Part shown: in pieces, positions 31,105 through 40,951 of the stretch
Position numbering within the stretch: position 1 is the first letter of the stretch
Layout: the number at the start of each line of letters is the position of its first letter
Source: a virus
Strand: one strand, 5' to 3'
Virus record (IMG/VR): IMGVR_UViG_3300035034_000851
Location: 24,951-88,950 of that record
DNA length: 64,000 nt
The notes under the pieces: generated by a model
The model's input: the letters and a program-made list of their open reading frames with translations, nothing else
Databases searched by the model: none
What the model was told of the DNA's origin: nothing
Made by a program: the position numbers and the translations under genes

Positions 31105-31712
31105 TAAATAAGACTATTAACCAGATTATTTACTTCTAAAGCAAATTCACTGTTAGGAACCATTTCAGGATGACCTTGTATTGCTAATATTTTAGTTTTA
31201 TTATAAAATACTATTTCAGGATCTACAGGAGGTTTTTCCATACCTGCTGGAACTCCTTCTGCATAAGTACTACCTGTTATTTTACAATAAGCTTTAATTT
31301 CATAATCTTTTTCATTAAGATTAAAAGGATATTGCATTTGATGATGGGTACTAGTTACTTCATAATCTTTACCTTCTGGTGTAGAAACTTTGTGCATATA
31401 AGGATGATTCATATGTTGTACAAGTTTTCCACCTGACAACACACATCCCAATTGAGACCCTCTACATATACCCATAGTTAAAACATCAGGATTTTCTTGT
31501 TTTATTTTATTCCAAGAATTTATTTCACTAGCATCTCTTACAGGATTGTTTCCTGTATGTGGATGAGAATCTTCTTCATAAAGTTCAGGACTTACATCCT
31601 CTCCTCCTGTTAAAATTATAAGATCTGCTGATTTTGAATCATTAGTTAGTTCAAAATCTTTTAAAAATTCAGCATAATTTACTGCATTTCCTATTACATA
31701 TACTTTTTTCAT
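31104..31712 (-). CDS. Class I glutamine amidotransferase / peptidase C26
   Basis: GGEDV.P, GICRG, STHHQ and QGHPE motifs. Confidence 0.9.
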   Translation of the reverse strand: MKKVYVIGNAVNYAEFLKDFELTNDSKSADLIILTGGEDVSPELYEEDSHPHTGNNPVRDASEINSWNKIKQENPDVLTMGICRGSQLGCVLSGGKLVQHMNHPYMHKVSTPEGKDYEVTSTHHQMQYPFNLNEKDYEIKAYCKITGSTYAEGVPAGMEKPPVDPEIVFYNKTKILAIQGHPEMVPNSEFALEVNNLVNSLI

Positions 31713-32320
31713 ATTGCTTTTGGTTTAAATTTAGATTCTTTTCTTGCAAAATAACCTGTCACACTATCTTTATCTTTACTAAAAAATTCTTTAGAAGTTT
31801 GAATTACTATTCCTTTTGATTTATTATTGAGGCTATCTATACCATGTCCTGAAGAATAATAGATTTTATCTTTATTATTATTGAATGCTTCTGAAAATTT
31901 AATCATAGTTTCTATTCTACGATTATCATTTACAAATTCTTTAATAAAAGAAACAGAATAACAATCTCCATGGCTTTCCCATAAAAATCTAATTATTGTT
32001 AGAATTGCAAGAGTTTTTTTTTTAGAATTTAAAGTACCTTTAGGTAATAAAGAACTACCCATAATTAAATAATATTTCTTTTTTTCTTTTTTGTATTCTA
32101 AATCTTTAAAAATTAATTTCATTTTTCTTAAATATTCTAAGAATTCTTTTCTTGTAATATCAGAATGTTTGTGTAATTCAATTTTTAAATAGTTTGAGTT
32201 TAAATTTAAAAATGAAAAACAAGACTCTGCACCATATTTTGGTGCATTTTTATGAGTCTTGTAATATATTTTATTGTTAAAACTTCTATTAGAAAAAACT
32301 TTATTTTTAGTTATCTTCAT
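31709..32320 (-). CDS. Hypothetical protein
   Basis: ORF translationally coupled to the GATase. Confidence 0.55.
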   Translation of the reverse strand: MKITKNKVFSNRSFNNKIYYKTHKNAPKYGAESCFSFLNLNSNYLKIELHKHSDITRKEFLEYLRKMKLIFKDLEYKKEKKKYYLIMGSSLLPKGTLNSKKKTLAILTIIRFLWESHGDCYSVSFIKEFVNDNRRIETMIKFSEAFNNNKDKIYYSSGHGIDSLNNKSKGIVIQTSKEFFSKDKDSVTGYFARKESKFKPKAI

Positions 32321-32325
32321 TTTTA

Positions 32326-32862
32326 TTAGTCATATTGTTTCCAGTTGTGTTTGTTCATAAATCTTTTTTCTATTGGTTTCCAAGTATTTTCTGGTCTCCA
32401 ACTTCCTCTACCGTAAGCAAATCTAGCTTTATACCAACTGCCATATTTTACATATTTTAAATGTAAATAATATATGCTAGCGTGCAAACAGTTTTCTCTA
32501 GTTGTATCACTTAAATTAAGTTTTTTAAACATACTTTTACGAGTTGGTTCCCATATTTGCATATCACCATAACTAAATGCACCACAATCCCATACTTTTT
32601 GAGTATATTCTAAGTTATTAGGGTTAGGCCATCCAGATTCGTTTAATCCTATTTGATATACTACGGCATTACATACATTGTATTTTGCACAGTATTTGTC
32701 AATTAAATTAAATATGTTTTCTTTTTCTTCTATGTAAGTATCTTCTTCACATAGGATTTCTATAACTACAGGTTTTTCCACAACCTTTGTAGGTGTTATA
32801 CAAAATCCACTAATTGTTATTAGTGTTAGTATAGCTATTACTTTAAAATTAATTATATTCAT
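32326..32862 (-). CDS. SLT-like lytic transglycosylase with N-terminal signal/anchor
   Basis: Catalytic ES (LNESG), YGDMQI and AY motifs; hydrophobic N terminus. Confidence 0.65.
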   Translation of the reverse strand: MNIINFKVIAILTLITISGFCITPTKVVEKPVVIEILCEEDTYIEEKENIFNLIDKYCAKYNVCNAVVYQIGLNESGWPNPNNLEYTQKVWDCGAFSYGDMQIWEPTRKSMFKKLNLSDTTRENCLHASIYYLHLKYVKYGSWYKARFAYGRGSWRPENTWKPIEKRFMNKHNWKQYD

Positions 32863-32877
32863 AATATTAAATAATAG

Positions 32878-32967
32878 CAGTCAATATAAGAATCGAACTT
32901 ATTACTCAGGATTTGGGTGAACTTAATCACTTAAAGTCTAGAACTCTACCAATGAGTTTAATTGACC
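32878..32967 (-). ncRNA. tRNA-like element with aberrant anticodon arm
   Basis: Acceptor GGTCAAT/ATTGACT, D-arm AACTC-ATTGGTA-GAGTT, T-arm ATAAG-TTCGATT-CTTAT. Confidence 0.7.
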
Positions 32968-32974
32968 AAAATAA

Positions 32975-32992
32975 AGGGGAAATTAATCCCCT
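32975..32992 (-). terminator. Terminator hairpin
   Basis: AGGGGA-aattaa-TCCCCT with a U-run on the - strand. Confidence 0.65.
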
Positions 32993-33014
32993 ATATTATA
33001 ATTTATAAAAATGT

Positions 33015-33323
33015 TTAATCACAGTATGCTTGTGCAAATGCAGAAAACTCTCTTCCAGGATTTTTAGGGTTTATATTTATCTGCATAGATTCATTTTCTC
33101 TATTATCCCTATTTTCTAAATGAGTCACAGCTCTACCTGTTACAATCATTCTTGCTTTTTCTTTTTTAAAGACATCATTTTTATGACATTGTGCAAGACC
33201 AATAGTCATTTTAGTATTATCTTTAGGGTTAACTATTCCTCCTAAAGTTATTTGATTTTTACCTCTTTTACCATAAAAGAAATACACTTTTTCTTGATTT
33301 ACTACTTGTTCTTTTTTTCTCAT
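33015..33323 (-). CDS. Small protein with G.A.C...D.F.K...R.I..GRA motif
   Basis: IGLAQCHKNDVFKKEKARMIVTGRA. Confidence 0.6.
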   Translation of the reverse strand: MRKKEQVVNQEKVYFFYGKRGKNQITLGGIVNPKDNTKMTIGLAQCHKNDVFKKEKARMIVTGRAVTHLENRDNRENESMQININPKNPGREFSAFAQAYCD

Positions 33324-35262
33324 TATCTAAATTTGTTATAAACGTGAATTAAACTTACTTGAACTTTTTTGTAAAAAATTTTAAATCCATTTTTAGTTAT
33401 TTTTTTAACTTTTATGAATTTATTAACCATTAAATAGGTTTTTTTTCTACCTCTAGTCATTTTTCTGTTTCCAGAATTAGGCATCTTAGCTTGACCCATC
33501 ATTGATTTTCTTGTGGCTCTGTTAGGAATTCCAGTTGAAAATACTTTTAAATTTCCATTTTCTTCAGAAGTTCTTGGACAATTTTCATCTAAAAAATAAT
33601 TTTGAAGATATGTACTTTTTATAGGAGGGTTAAACTTAGCTGCATTAGGATTTCCAGGCTTAGGAGCTTTTACTTTTCTAGCAATTTTTACTTTTTTAAA
33701 CTTAGATTTGTTTTCAAAATATAATGATCTTTTTTTCATACTATCTTTTGTTTAAATTATTTATTGATTGCATTTGATAATTATTCTCCCAATTTCTGAG
33801 TCTTCTTTGAAAAGAATATATTGAGATGTGACTCCCTCTATATTCTCTTTCAACTCTACCATGTTCTAAATCTCCACCAGTAAAACACTGTTGAACTAAA
33901 GCATTAGGTAGCTTAGGATAATTACTAAATCTTTTTTTAAGATCTAAAGACCATTTAATGTCTTCAATTGATATTACTCTCATATTGCTTCTACTGTTGC
34001 TTCTTTAGTTAAAATAACTTCTTCGCCTGTTATAGCATTAAAAAATAGAGTTCTATCTTCTTGGACTTCTTTTCTACACAAGATTCTTTTACCTTGCTGG
34101 CAATATTGATATTGACCAGGCTTCCAATAGAATCTTCTGTGATAGTTACCAAATTGTTTCCAAACTCTTTTAAGGTGATTTTCAAATATAATTAAATACA
34201 TGTTGTTTACCTACTATACTAGGATTTTAATTAACGTATAGAATAATTACTCTTACAGTTTAAGGTACTGTAATAGAGTCATACCAACCTTCCCACTCAC
34301 ATACCTTGTATGGAGTATAGGGATATTTTAATAAATGTTATTATGATAGTAATCATTCATAATAACAGATTGAACATTTTTTAAACATTCTACAGCTGCA
34401 AAAGCTTTTACCAGTTTAAGAGGTAATTTTTTAGGAAAATCAAATTTAATTGTAAATTCTCTTCCTTGCCTACTATGAAAAACAAAAGTAGATTCGCCAT
34501 CATTTGCTTTTTTAAAACCTAATTCCATTTTAGGTATAATACAAGATTTTACTTCAAAATGATTTTTTAAAAGTGTATCATAATGGCCTGCATAAAAGTT
34601 AACAATACCTTTATGACTTGTTATAACATTTTTTTTATTTTTTTCTATTTTGTTCATTAAACATTTTGTTTATATAGAAATTATAACCTAAATGATAATC
34701 TTCATCTATTATTAATTTCTTTTTACTTTTATTTCTTTTACAATCCTCAAATCCTAAATTAAATTGAGTAAGTTTACTACTTATTATTAATCCTTGATAT
34801 ATTAAGACAAAAATAATAATTATAAAAAACATTACTAAAAATTGTAAATTCTCGTAATTTTTAACAATAAAACTTATTGTTAATATAAATGTTAATATTG
34901 ATAACAATACTAAAAATATTTTTGATCTTAATTTAAAACGGTAATACATTTTCTACTTCTTTTAAACATTTTACTGCACACATTCCTTTAAAAACGTCCA
35001 TTCTTAGAGTATTTATCTCTTCCAATTGAATATTAATTTCTCTATTATTTGTACAAAAATAAAAACCTCTTATAGGTTTCTGGTTTTTAACTGATTTTTC
35101 TACATAATCATCATGATCAATTATAAAATCATCTATCCCATTATTTTCAAACAAATCATTTACTTCTTTTAAATATTCACCTTCTTTTCCTTCTATTTTA
35201 CTATACATAGCGAACACACATGGAATCGAACCATAATCTTTTTTAAAAAATGCTTTTACCAT
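33323..35262 (-). CDS. Six small hypothetical proteins (33323-33739 highly basic, 33741-33983, 33980-34201, 34328-34657, 34635-34949 two-TM, 34933-35262)
   Basis: Co-oriented, mostly abutting ORFs. Confidence 0.55.
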
Positions 35263-35367
35263 TAAGCTATGTGTGTTCTTGAGAATTAGGTTCTCACGGC
35301 TTTGATCCTACCTTAAAAAGGTGCTCCAAATCTTGAGTAATACTCAAAATTAATAATCTTTACTATT

Positions 35368-36096
35368 TTAATCTTTTTTTTCATATTCTAGTAGTAATTC
35401 AATTGATCTCATAGTATATGTATCAAACAAAATTTCAGGATGCCATTGTACAGACACTATAGGATAACCTATATATTCCATTGCTTCTATTCTACCAGAA
35501 TCAATTTTACCTAGAGCTGCTGTTACAACTGCTTTTTCAGTGTCACAAACTTTAACACATTGATGATGTCTAGAATTAACATCCATAATGTGATTAACTC
35601 TTTCATCTTTTATTAATATGTATTCTCCTTTTTTAGCACCAGAAGCATGAGTATTAAAGAAATTCTTTAATTCCACTTTTTCTATAACTGCTCCAAATAC
35701 ATATTCAGACAAAGGTTCTATCTTATCTTGAATAAGCTTCATACCAAAATGAGCAGCTAATTCTTGATGACCTCTACAAATGCCAAATATAGGCGTTTTA
35801 CTCTCAACATATAATGGTAATACATTTCTAGTAAAAAAGTCTCTCTGTGGATCTAAACGACCTACTAATGAAGATAATTCTTCATCATAAAGTGCAGGAT
35901 CTACGTCAGCTCCACCAGGTAATATTAAAATGTCTAAGTCTTTAATAAAATCATTAGTATGATGTATTAATACTAAATTTAATGTTTTTTCGGCTCTTCT
36001 TGCTATTTCTTCACAAAATCTTACATAAGCAATTCCCATGCCTACATGACTTCTTACAGTCATATTTGTTACTAATCCAATTTTTAATTTGTTCAT
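35368..36096 (-). CDS. Second class I glutamine amidotransferase / peptidase C26 (PuuD-like)
   Basis: PGGADV.P, GICRG, VNSRHHQ and VQWHPE motifs. Confidence 0.9.
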   Translation of the reverse strand: MNKLKIGLVTNMTVRSHVGMGIAYVRFCEEIARRAEKTLNLVLIHHTNDFIKDLDILILPGGADVDPALYDEELSSLVGRLDPQRDFFTRNVLPLYVESKTPIFGICRGHQELAAHFGMKLIQDKIEPLSEYVFGAVIEKVELKNFFNTHASGAKKGEYILIKDERVNHIMDVNSRHHQCVKVCDTEKAVVTAALGKIDSGRIEAMEYIGYPIVSVQWHPEILFDTYTMRSIELLLEYEKKD

Positions 36097-36259
36097 TTCT
36101 TGTTAATTTTTATTAGGTCTCTTTTGGATACTACTCCATTTTTTATTAAATTCTTTGTAATTTTATTCAATCTGAATAAATAAAACAATTTTAATTTTAA
36201 TCTCATTGATATTTTAAAAGTATACTACTGCATATTTCTACACAGTAGTATTTACTTAA

Positions 36260-36541
36260 TTACCTTGTTGTAGGGTATTTCTTTTTAAAAGGCTTTTTTG
36301 GTTCAAACTTATCTACTATTTGTTTAGTAAATTTGTTACCACAATGATTTGTTAAATAGTCTATTTTTCCAAGACTACTATTACCTAGATCATTTTTTCT
36401 ACCTCTAGCACTATTAGATAGTACTCTTACAATTTGATTGCCATCTTTTGCAGATACAATTCTTACATCATTTTTAGTTGATAGTGATCTAATCACTTCA
36501 TCTGGAGATGAATATCTCTTTTTACGTGTTACTTTGTTCAT
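36260..36541 (-). CDS. Conserved crAss-like small protein
   Basis: DLGNSSLGKIDYL pattern. Confidence 0.55.
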   Translation of the reverse strand: MNKVTRKKRYSSPDEVIRSLSTKNDVRIVSAKDGNQIVRVLSNSARGRKNDLGNSSLGKIDYLTNHCGNKFTKQIVDKFEPKKPFKKKYPTTR

Positions 36542-36555
36542 TGTTTTTTCTTGTT

Positions 36556-37302
36556 TTAATACCTTAAATTTGATTTATTTTTTTTAATTCTATCAGTTAT
36601 AATATTGAACCATACTATGCAATTTACAAATTGAAAGAATGCCCATATAAACAAAAATGTTGCTCTTTCTTCTAAATTTATATTAGGTAAATCCATAAAT
36701 ATTTGAAAAAAATGTTCTGATTCCCATACAATATATATTTTAATTAAATAAAATATACTATAACATATTATAGAAGTTATTAACATATTTAGACTTATTC
36801 TTTGATATTTAGCTAAAATCATCTTCTTTATGTGTGTTAATTATTCTTATTACTGTAATTACAAATAATATAAATCCAGAAATACTATATACAAATCCTC
36901 TATAGTTCCAGTGATAATGGTGACCTTCTGATCCTCCAAAACCACCTTTTCCACATCTTTCACTTAAATCTAATAAATGTAAAGTATTAAAATTGTTATA
37001 CCAAAATTCAGTGTCAGTAAAAAGTGACATTAACATCATACTTACAGATAATAATATTACTTGTAATATTAATTTATTATATCCTTTTAATTTCATAATT
37101 ATTTCTTATAATGTTTAATTATTATGTAAAAAATGACTAACAACATTAAAGGCCACGCTATTAACGTGGAAAATAACATTTTATCAATGTCTTTACCATC
37201 ATCTTTATTCCAAAATTCAATTCCATGCTTTTCAGTTAATGAAACTAATTTGAAATTAATCAATACTCCTATTAAAAAGTATATTATTAAATATAATATC
37301 AT
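36556..37302 (-). CDS. Three small two-TM membrane proteins (36556-36822, 36809-37096, 37099-37302)
   Basis: Two hydrophobic segments in each. Confidence 0.6.
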
Positions 37303-37452
37303 ATTAAAATCTTGTTACAGTTCCTGGATTCATTTTTCTTTGTGAACTATTAAATCCATCTAAATTACCACTACAAATCAGTTCTACTCTATTAGTAGTT
37401 TTAACATTTGTAGGTTGTTTTACTTTAATTCTTGGTCTTTTATTTTTCATAA

Positions 37453-38340
37453 TTACTTAAATTTTTTTTTTAAATCTGTTAGTATTTCTCTTGCTCCTAT
37501 TAAATAAGATGTAGTGTCTAGGTAAGTAGGACAATTAGTATGTTTTAATTCTGTTTTTATATTTGATATTCTTTCATCAAATATAGCGTTAATTTCTTCT
37601 ACAGTATAAGTTTTAACTGTTACTTTTGCTATAGGAGCTGGTGGTGGTTTTGATGTTTTACTTAATGGAGGTTTAGGTTTTATATGTATTTTTCTATAAT
37701 TCATAATTTATAAATTTTCTTTAATCCAATTGTTTATATTAGTAATTAAAAACTTTTTTTTAGTTCCATTTGTATTTGGATTTCCATTTCCAACAACATA
37801 TTGAACACTTTTTGTTTTTAGTCTAAAATCATTAAATCCTTTTTTAAGAAAGATTTCAACTTCACTTTTACTATACATTTTTTCTTTAATCAAGTGTATT
37901 ATTACTTCATTGTTAGGTGTTAATTTTAATCTCCAATCAGGTTTATCTAATCCTGTAGGGTTATCATCATCGTAGTCACACCAATCAAGATATTCTAAGT
38001 TAACCTCATTAATACCGCCTTGTCTAGAATATTCTTCTACAAATGATTGTGGTATTTGGTTTACTCCAATAAGCTTCTTATCTGTTGTTGCTACAATTTT
38101 TCTACTACCATCAGAGTTTTTGGGTGTATTTGTGTCGCGAAGGTGAGCCTTAAATTTTTGTATAGAGTTTGTCACACTCCAATAGTACCAATCCTCATCT
38201 TTAATCTCTTCATCTGATGTGAAATAGAGATGACAAGCTTTACTGTCTCCATAAGGATATAACAATAAACTAGGACCGTATCTATGAATAGCTCCGCTCT
38301 TTGCAGGTAACATTATTACCTGTACTGTTTCTAATTGCAT
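37453..38340 (-). CDS. Two hypothetical proteins (37453-37704, 37708-38340)
   Basis: The second has the HLYFTSDEEIK..DW...KIVATTD pattern of a Bacteroidota phage family. Confidence 0.6.
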
Positions 38341-38554
38341 TTTGATTTTGTTTTAAGGTTTATTGAAAATTCCTACTACTACTCTATAAAGTAGCACAAT
38401 AGGTGCAAAAATTATATGAGATGCAGAGTGTTCATTCCAATCATGTTGGTCACTTACACGACAACCATACGCTATCCATATTATTCCTGTTAATGTAATT
38501 TCTAATATTGTCATAATTTTTAATTTTTTTAAAAGCAGGATTATACTCTCCTGC

Positions 38555-38688
38555 TAGGAGTTTTACTGTATTCTCAGTGATGTATTAGCACCATCTATAT
38601 TTCTATAAATGGTCACAAGATAATTAGTACATGACTCGGATTACTTAATTCATCCTCCATTCTGTCTATCTCTTGTTGTAAACTCCTA
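38555..38688 (-). ncRNA. Candidate end-paired structured RNA
   Basis: TAGGAGTTTTAC / GTAAACTCCTA pair the ends; internal hairpins; no ORF. Confidence 0.45.
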
Positions 38689-38840
38689 AGTGTATTCTAA
38701 CTACTTCTCAATGTTTTATTATAGTGTTAAATCTATTCAAACATACTATTGTTTCATCTAAGTAACGTCATTTAACAGATTAGTTACTATATCTCTATCC
38801 AACATATTACCATACAGTTGGTACACTTGATAAATTTGTA

Positions 38841-38910
38841 TGTAATAACACTAAGCTTAGACTGTAGTTTCTATTAAACCTGCTTACCTCCAGGTGCTTG
38901 TGTTATTACA
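38841..38910 (-). ncRNA. Candidate end-paired structured RNA
   Basis: Perfect 11-bp terminal stem TGTAATAACAC/GTGTTATTACA. Confidence 0.5.
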
Positions 38911-39005
38911 ATTTATATTCTATCTTTATTTAGTGACATTGACCACGGTTTTATCCATTTTCAGGACCGAGGTTAATCACAACGTCATAGGTTTAACGTA
39001 TTTCT

Positions 39006-39251
39006 TTACCAATTTGGTTCATCATACATACACAAATTATAACCTATTTGTGCAGTTATAAAAACTTCTTCTCTAAAAAACCAATGTTCTTTATTACCTG
39101 AACAATCATTTTCTAATTCTATCCAATACAAACCATTTTTAGTTCCATAATCAGATATTGTTCCACAATTACACTCTGGTGTTGGTGTAATATTTTCTTT
39201 GTTACATCCTAAAAATGTAAGAAATGTTAGTATTAATAGTAATTTTTTCAT
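39006..39251 (-). CDS. Small lipoprotein
   Basis: Signal peptide and lipobox MKKLLLILTFLTFLG-C; cysteine-rich mature part. Confidence 0.7.
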   Translation of the reverse strand: MKKLLLILTFLTFLGCNKENITPTPECNCGTISDYGTKNGLYWIELENDCSGNKEHWFFREEVFITAQIGYNLCMYDEPNW

Positions 39252-39270
39252 TTGTATTTAATTTTTTAAA

Positions 39271-39403
39271 AAACTATTCACTTCAGGATCTTCACCTGCC
39301 TTTTAAGATTCTACGTGATATTAATTTATCGTAGTTCTTTTAATATATACTTGTACTTCTCAGTTAAGAGTCAGTACGAGCTTTCTTACTTTGTGAATAG
39401 TTT
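39271..39403 (-). ncRNA. Candidate multi-arm RNA closed by an 11-bp stem
   Basis: AAACTATTCAC/GTGAATAGTTT enclosing three hairpins. Confidence 0.55.
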
Positions 39404-39407
39404 GTGT

Positions 39408-39512
39408 TATTAATAGTTTCGGGTCTTTCAAGGTTTCTGTTAATTCCGTAGAACCTAATGTGAGCTAAACCCTTAGCTTGTCCACATTTTTACAGCTTCA
39501 CTACTATTAATA
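39408..39512 (-). ncRNA. Candidate multi-arm RNA closed by a 10-bp stem
   Basis: TATTAATAGT/ACTATTAATA enclosing two hairpins; possible pseudoknot. Confidence 0.55.
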
Positions 39513-39560
39513 TAAAGATAACAACGTTCCAAATTTCCGCAAAGGATGTGTTTCAATTAT

Positions 39561-40221
39561 CTATTTCTTGTTTGTTGTAAAATGATTAGCTCCACCTGTG
39601 TTAGGAGTATAAATTGTTGTGTTTAACCATTTTTTAAGAGGTTTACTCATTTTACTTTTTAATACAATTATTCTATCAATTGATTTAATTGCTAAAATAA
39701 AAAATAAACCCCCCCAAGAACTTATACTTATCAAAAAAAATCCAAGTAAAATTTCTACTGTAAGTTTATCTTTTTCAATTAAAATTTCACTTATAGATGC
39801 ATATAAAAACATAATAAGATACCCTATAAAATATATAATAAGAAAATTCATATTCTTTTTAATTCAATAAAAGTTTTATAAAGTAAAAAAGAGAATACAA
39901 AAACTTCAAATAAAGCTATATAACTTTGTAATGTTCCCCACCATATTATTGTAGCATAACCTAATAATATTAAAATTAATGTTAAGCCTAATAATGTAAA
40001 TAATAATAATTTTTTCATATTGATTTCTGTTAATAAGTTAAATAAATAAAAGATAAAATAAGCAAAGCTATAGATACCCAAAATATCATACTACACGTAA
40101 ACCAATTATTGGTCATCACTAACTCATTTTCAAATAAATCATATGCAGTAAACATTACTACTATAATTAAAACGGCTGATAATCCTATTATTAAATAAGG
40201 ATCTAAATCTAAATAATTCAT
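39561..40221 (-). CDS. Three small membrane proteins
   Basis: Hydrophobic ORFs 39561-39851, 39848-40081 and 40030-40272 (internal ATG starts more likely). Confidence 0.55.
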
Positions 40222-40263
40222 AATATTTCTTTTTTCTTGTTTTTTGATTAATAAAAATAAAAT

Positions 40264-40362
40264 AAAACACACTGAAAGAACCCTCTACCTTGTAGATTAT
40301 ACTTTATTGAATTTATCATTATAGATAAAACGTGGTACTACTGCAGTAATACAGTGTGTTTT
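40264..40362 (-). ncRNA. Candidate multi-arm RNA closed by an 11-bp stem
   Basis: AAAACACACTG/CAGTGTGTTTT enclosing three hairpins. Confidence 0.55.
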
Positions 40363-40373
40363 TGGTTAAAATA

Positions 40374-40457
40374 AAAAATGCAGTGGACTTGAACCACTAT
40401 TAATAGGGATCTTTAAAAGAATATCCGTATTAACCTCGCCCATGAAAGAGACATTTT
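40374..40457 (-). ncRNA. tRNA-like element with an elongated stem replacing the anticodon arm
   Basis: T-arm AGTGG-TTCAAGT-CCACT, acceptor AAAATGT/GCATTTT. Confidence 0.6.
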
Positions 40458-40623
40458 ATTATTTCACTGTTTTCTATTCCTTCTACATCAGCACACTTTT
40501 CCCTTTTTTGGTTGTGTGCCATCTATCTTACGGATGGTTTTATGTAGATCTAGCTTCTATTTGTTTAAGGATATTCAGCTATTCCCTTCTTTTAACGTCT
40601 TTTGTCTGACTATGATTTTTGAT

Positions 40624-40917
40624 TTACATACACAAAATTTGTTCATATAAGTCAACATTAAAATCAGAATTCATTTCCTTTATTGTACCATTATCAAAAT
40701 CTTTAGCTTCTATTGGAGTATAATGTTCAGTTTTTTCAACTATTGCTTTTATGATTTGACCTTTAGGTAATTGACCTAAACTTTCATACAATTGTATAAT
40801 ACTGACAATACTATCTCCAGATTCATCGTGATTACTGATTAATGTTTTACCATCTGATGATGTAATTAATACTGCAAATGTTTTCATATTATTTTTTGTT
40901 TTTTCTTCGTTATTCAT
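40624..40917 (-). CDS. Hypothetical protein
   Basis: ORF directly downstream of tmRNA. Confidence 0.55.
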   Translation of the reverse strand: MNNEEKTKNNMKTFAVLITSSDGKTLISNHDESGDSIVSIIQLYESLGQLPKGQIIKAIVEKTEHYTPIEAKDFDNGTIKEMNSDFNVDLYEQILCM

Positions 40918-40951
40918 AATGTTAAATTGTTAAAATGTTAAATTATTATTG

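Noticed and set aside
32925-32945. Ochre suppressor tRNA (CT-TTA-A in the 32878 element)
   Set aside because: The flanking bases do not form an anticodon stem around TTA, and TAA is the main stop codon.
34215-34325. Possible structured RNA in the intergenic gap
   Set aside because: It is equally explained by a 34-aa ORF (MITIIITFIK...) and the pairing is ambiguous.
40460-40550. Hammerhead ribozyme (CTGATG...GAAA on the - strand)
   Set aside because: The core reads CUGAUGU rather than CUGAUGA and I could not build the required stems.
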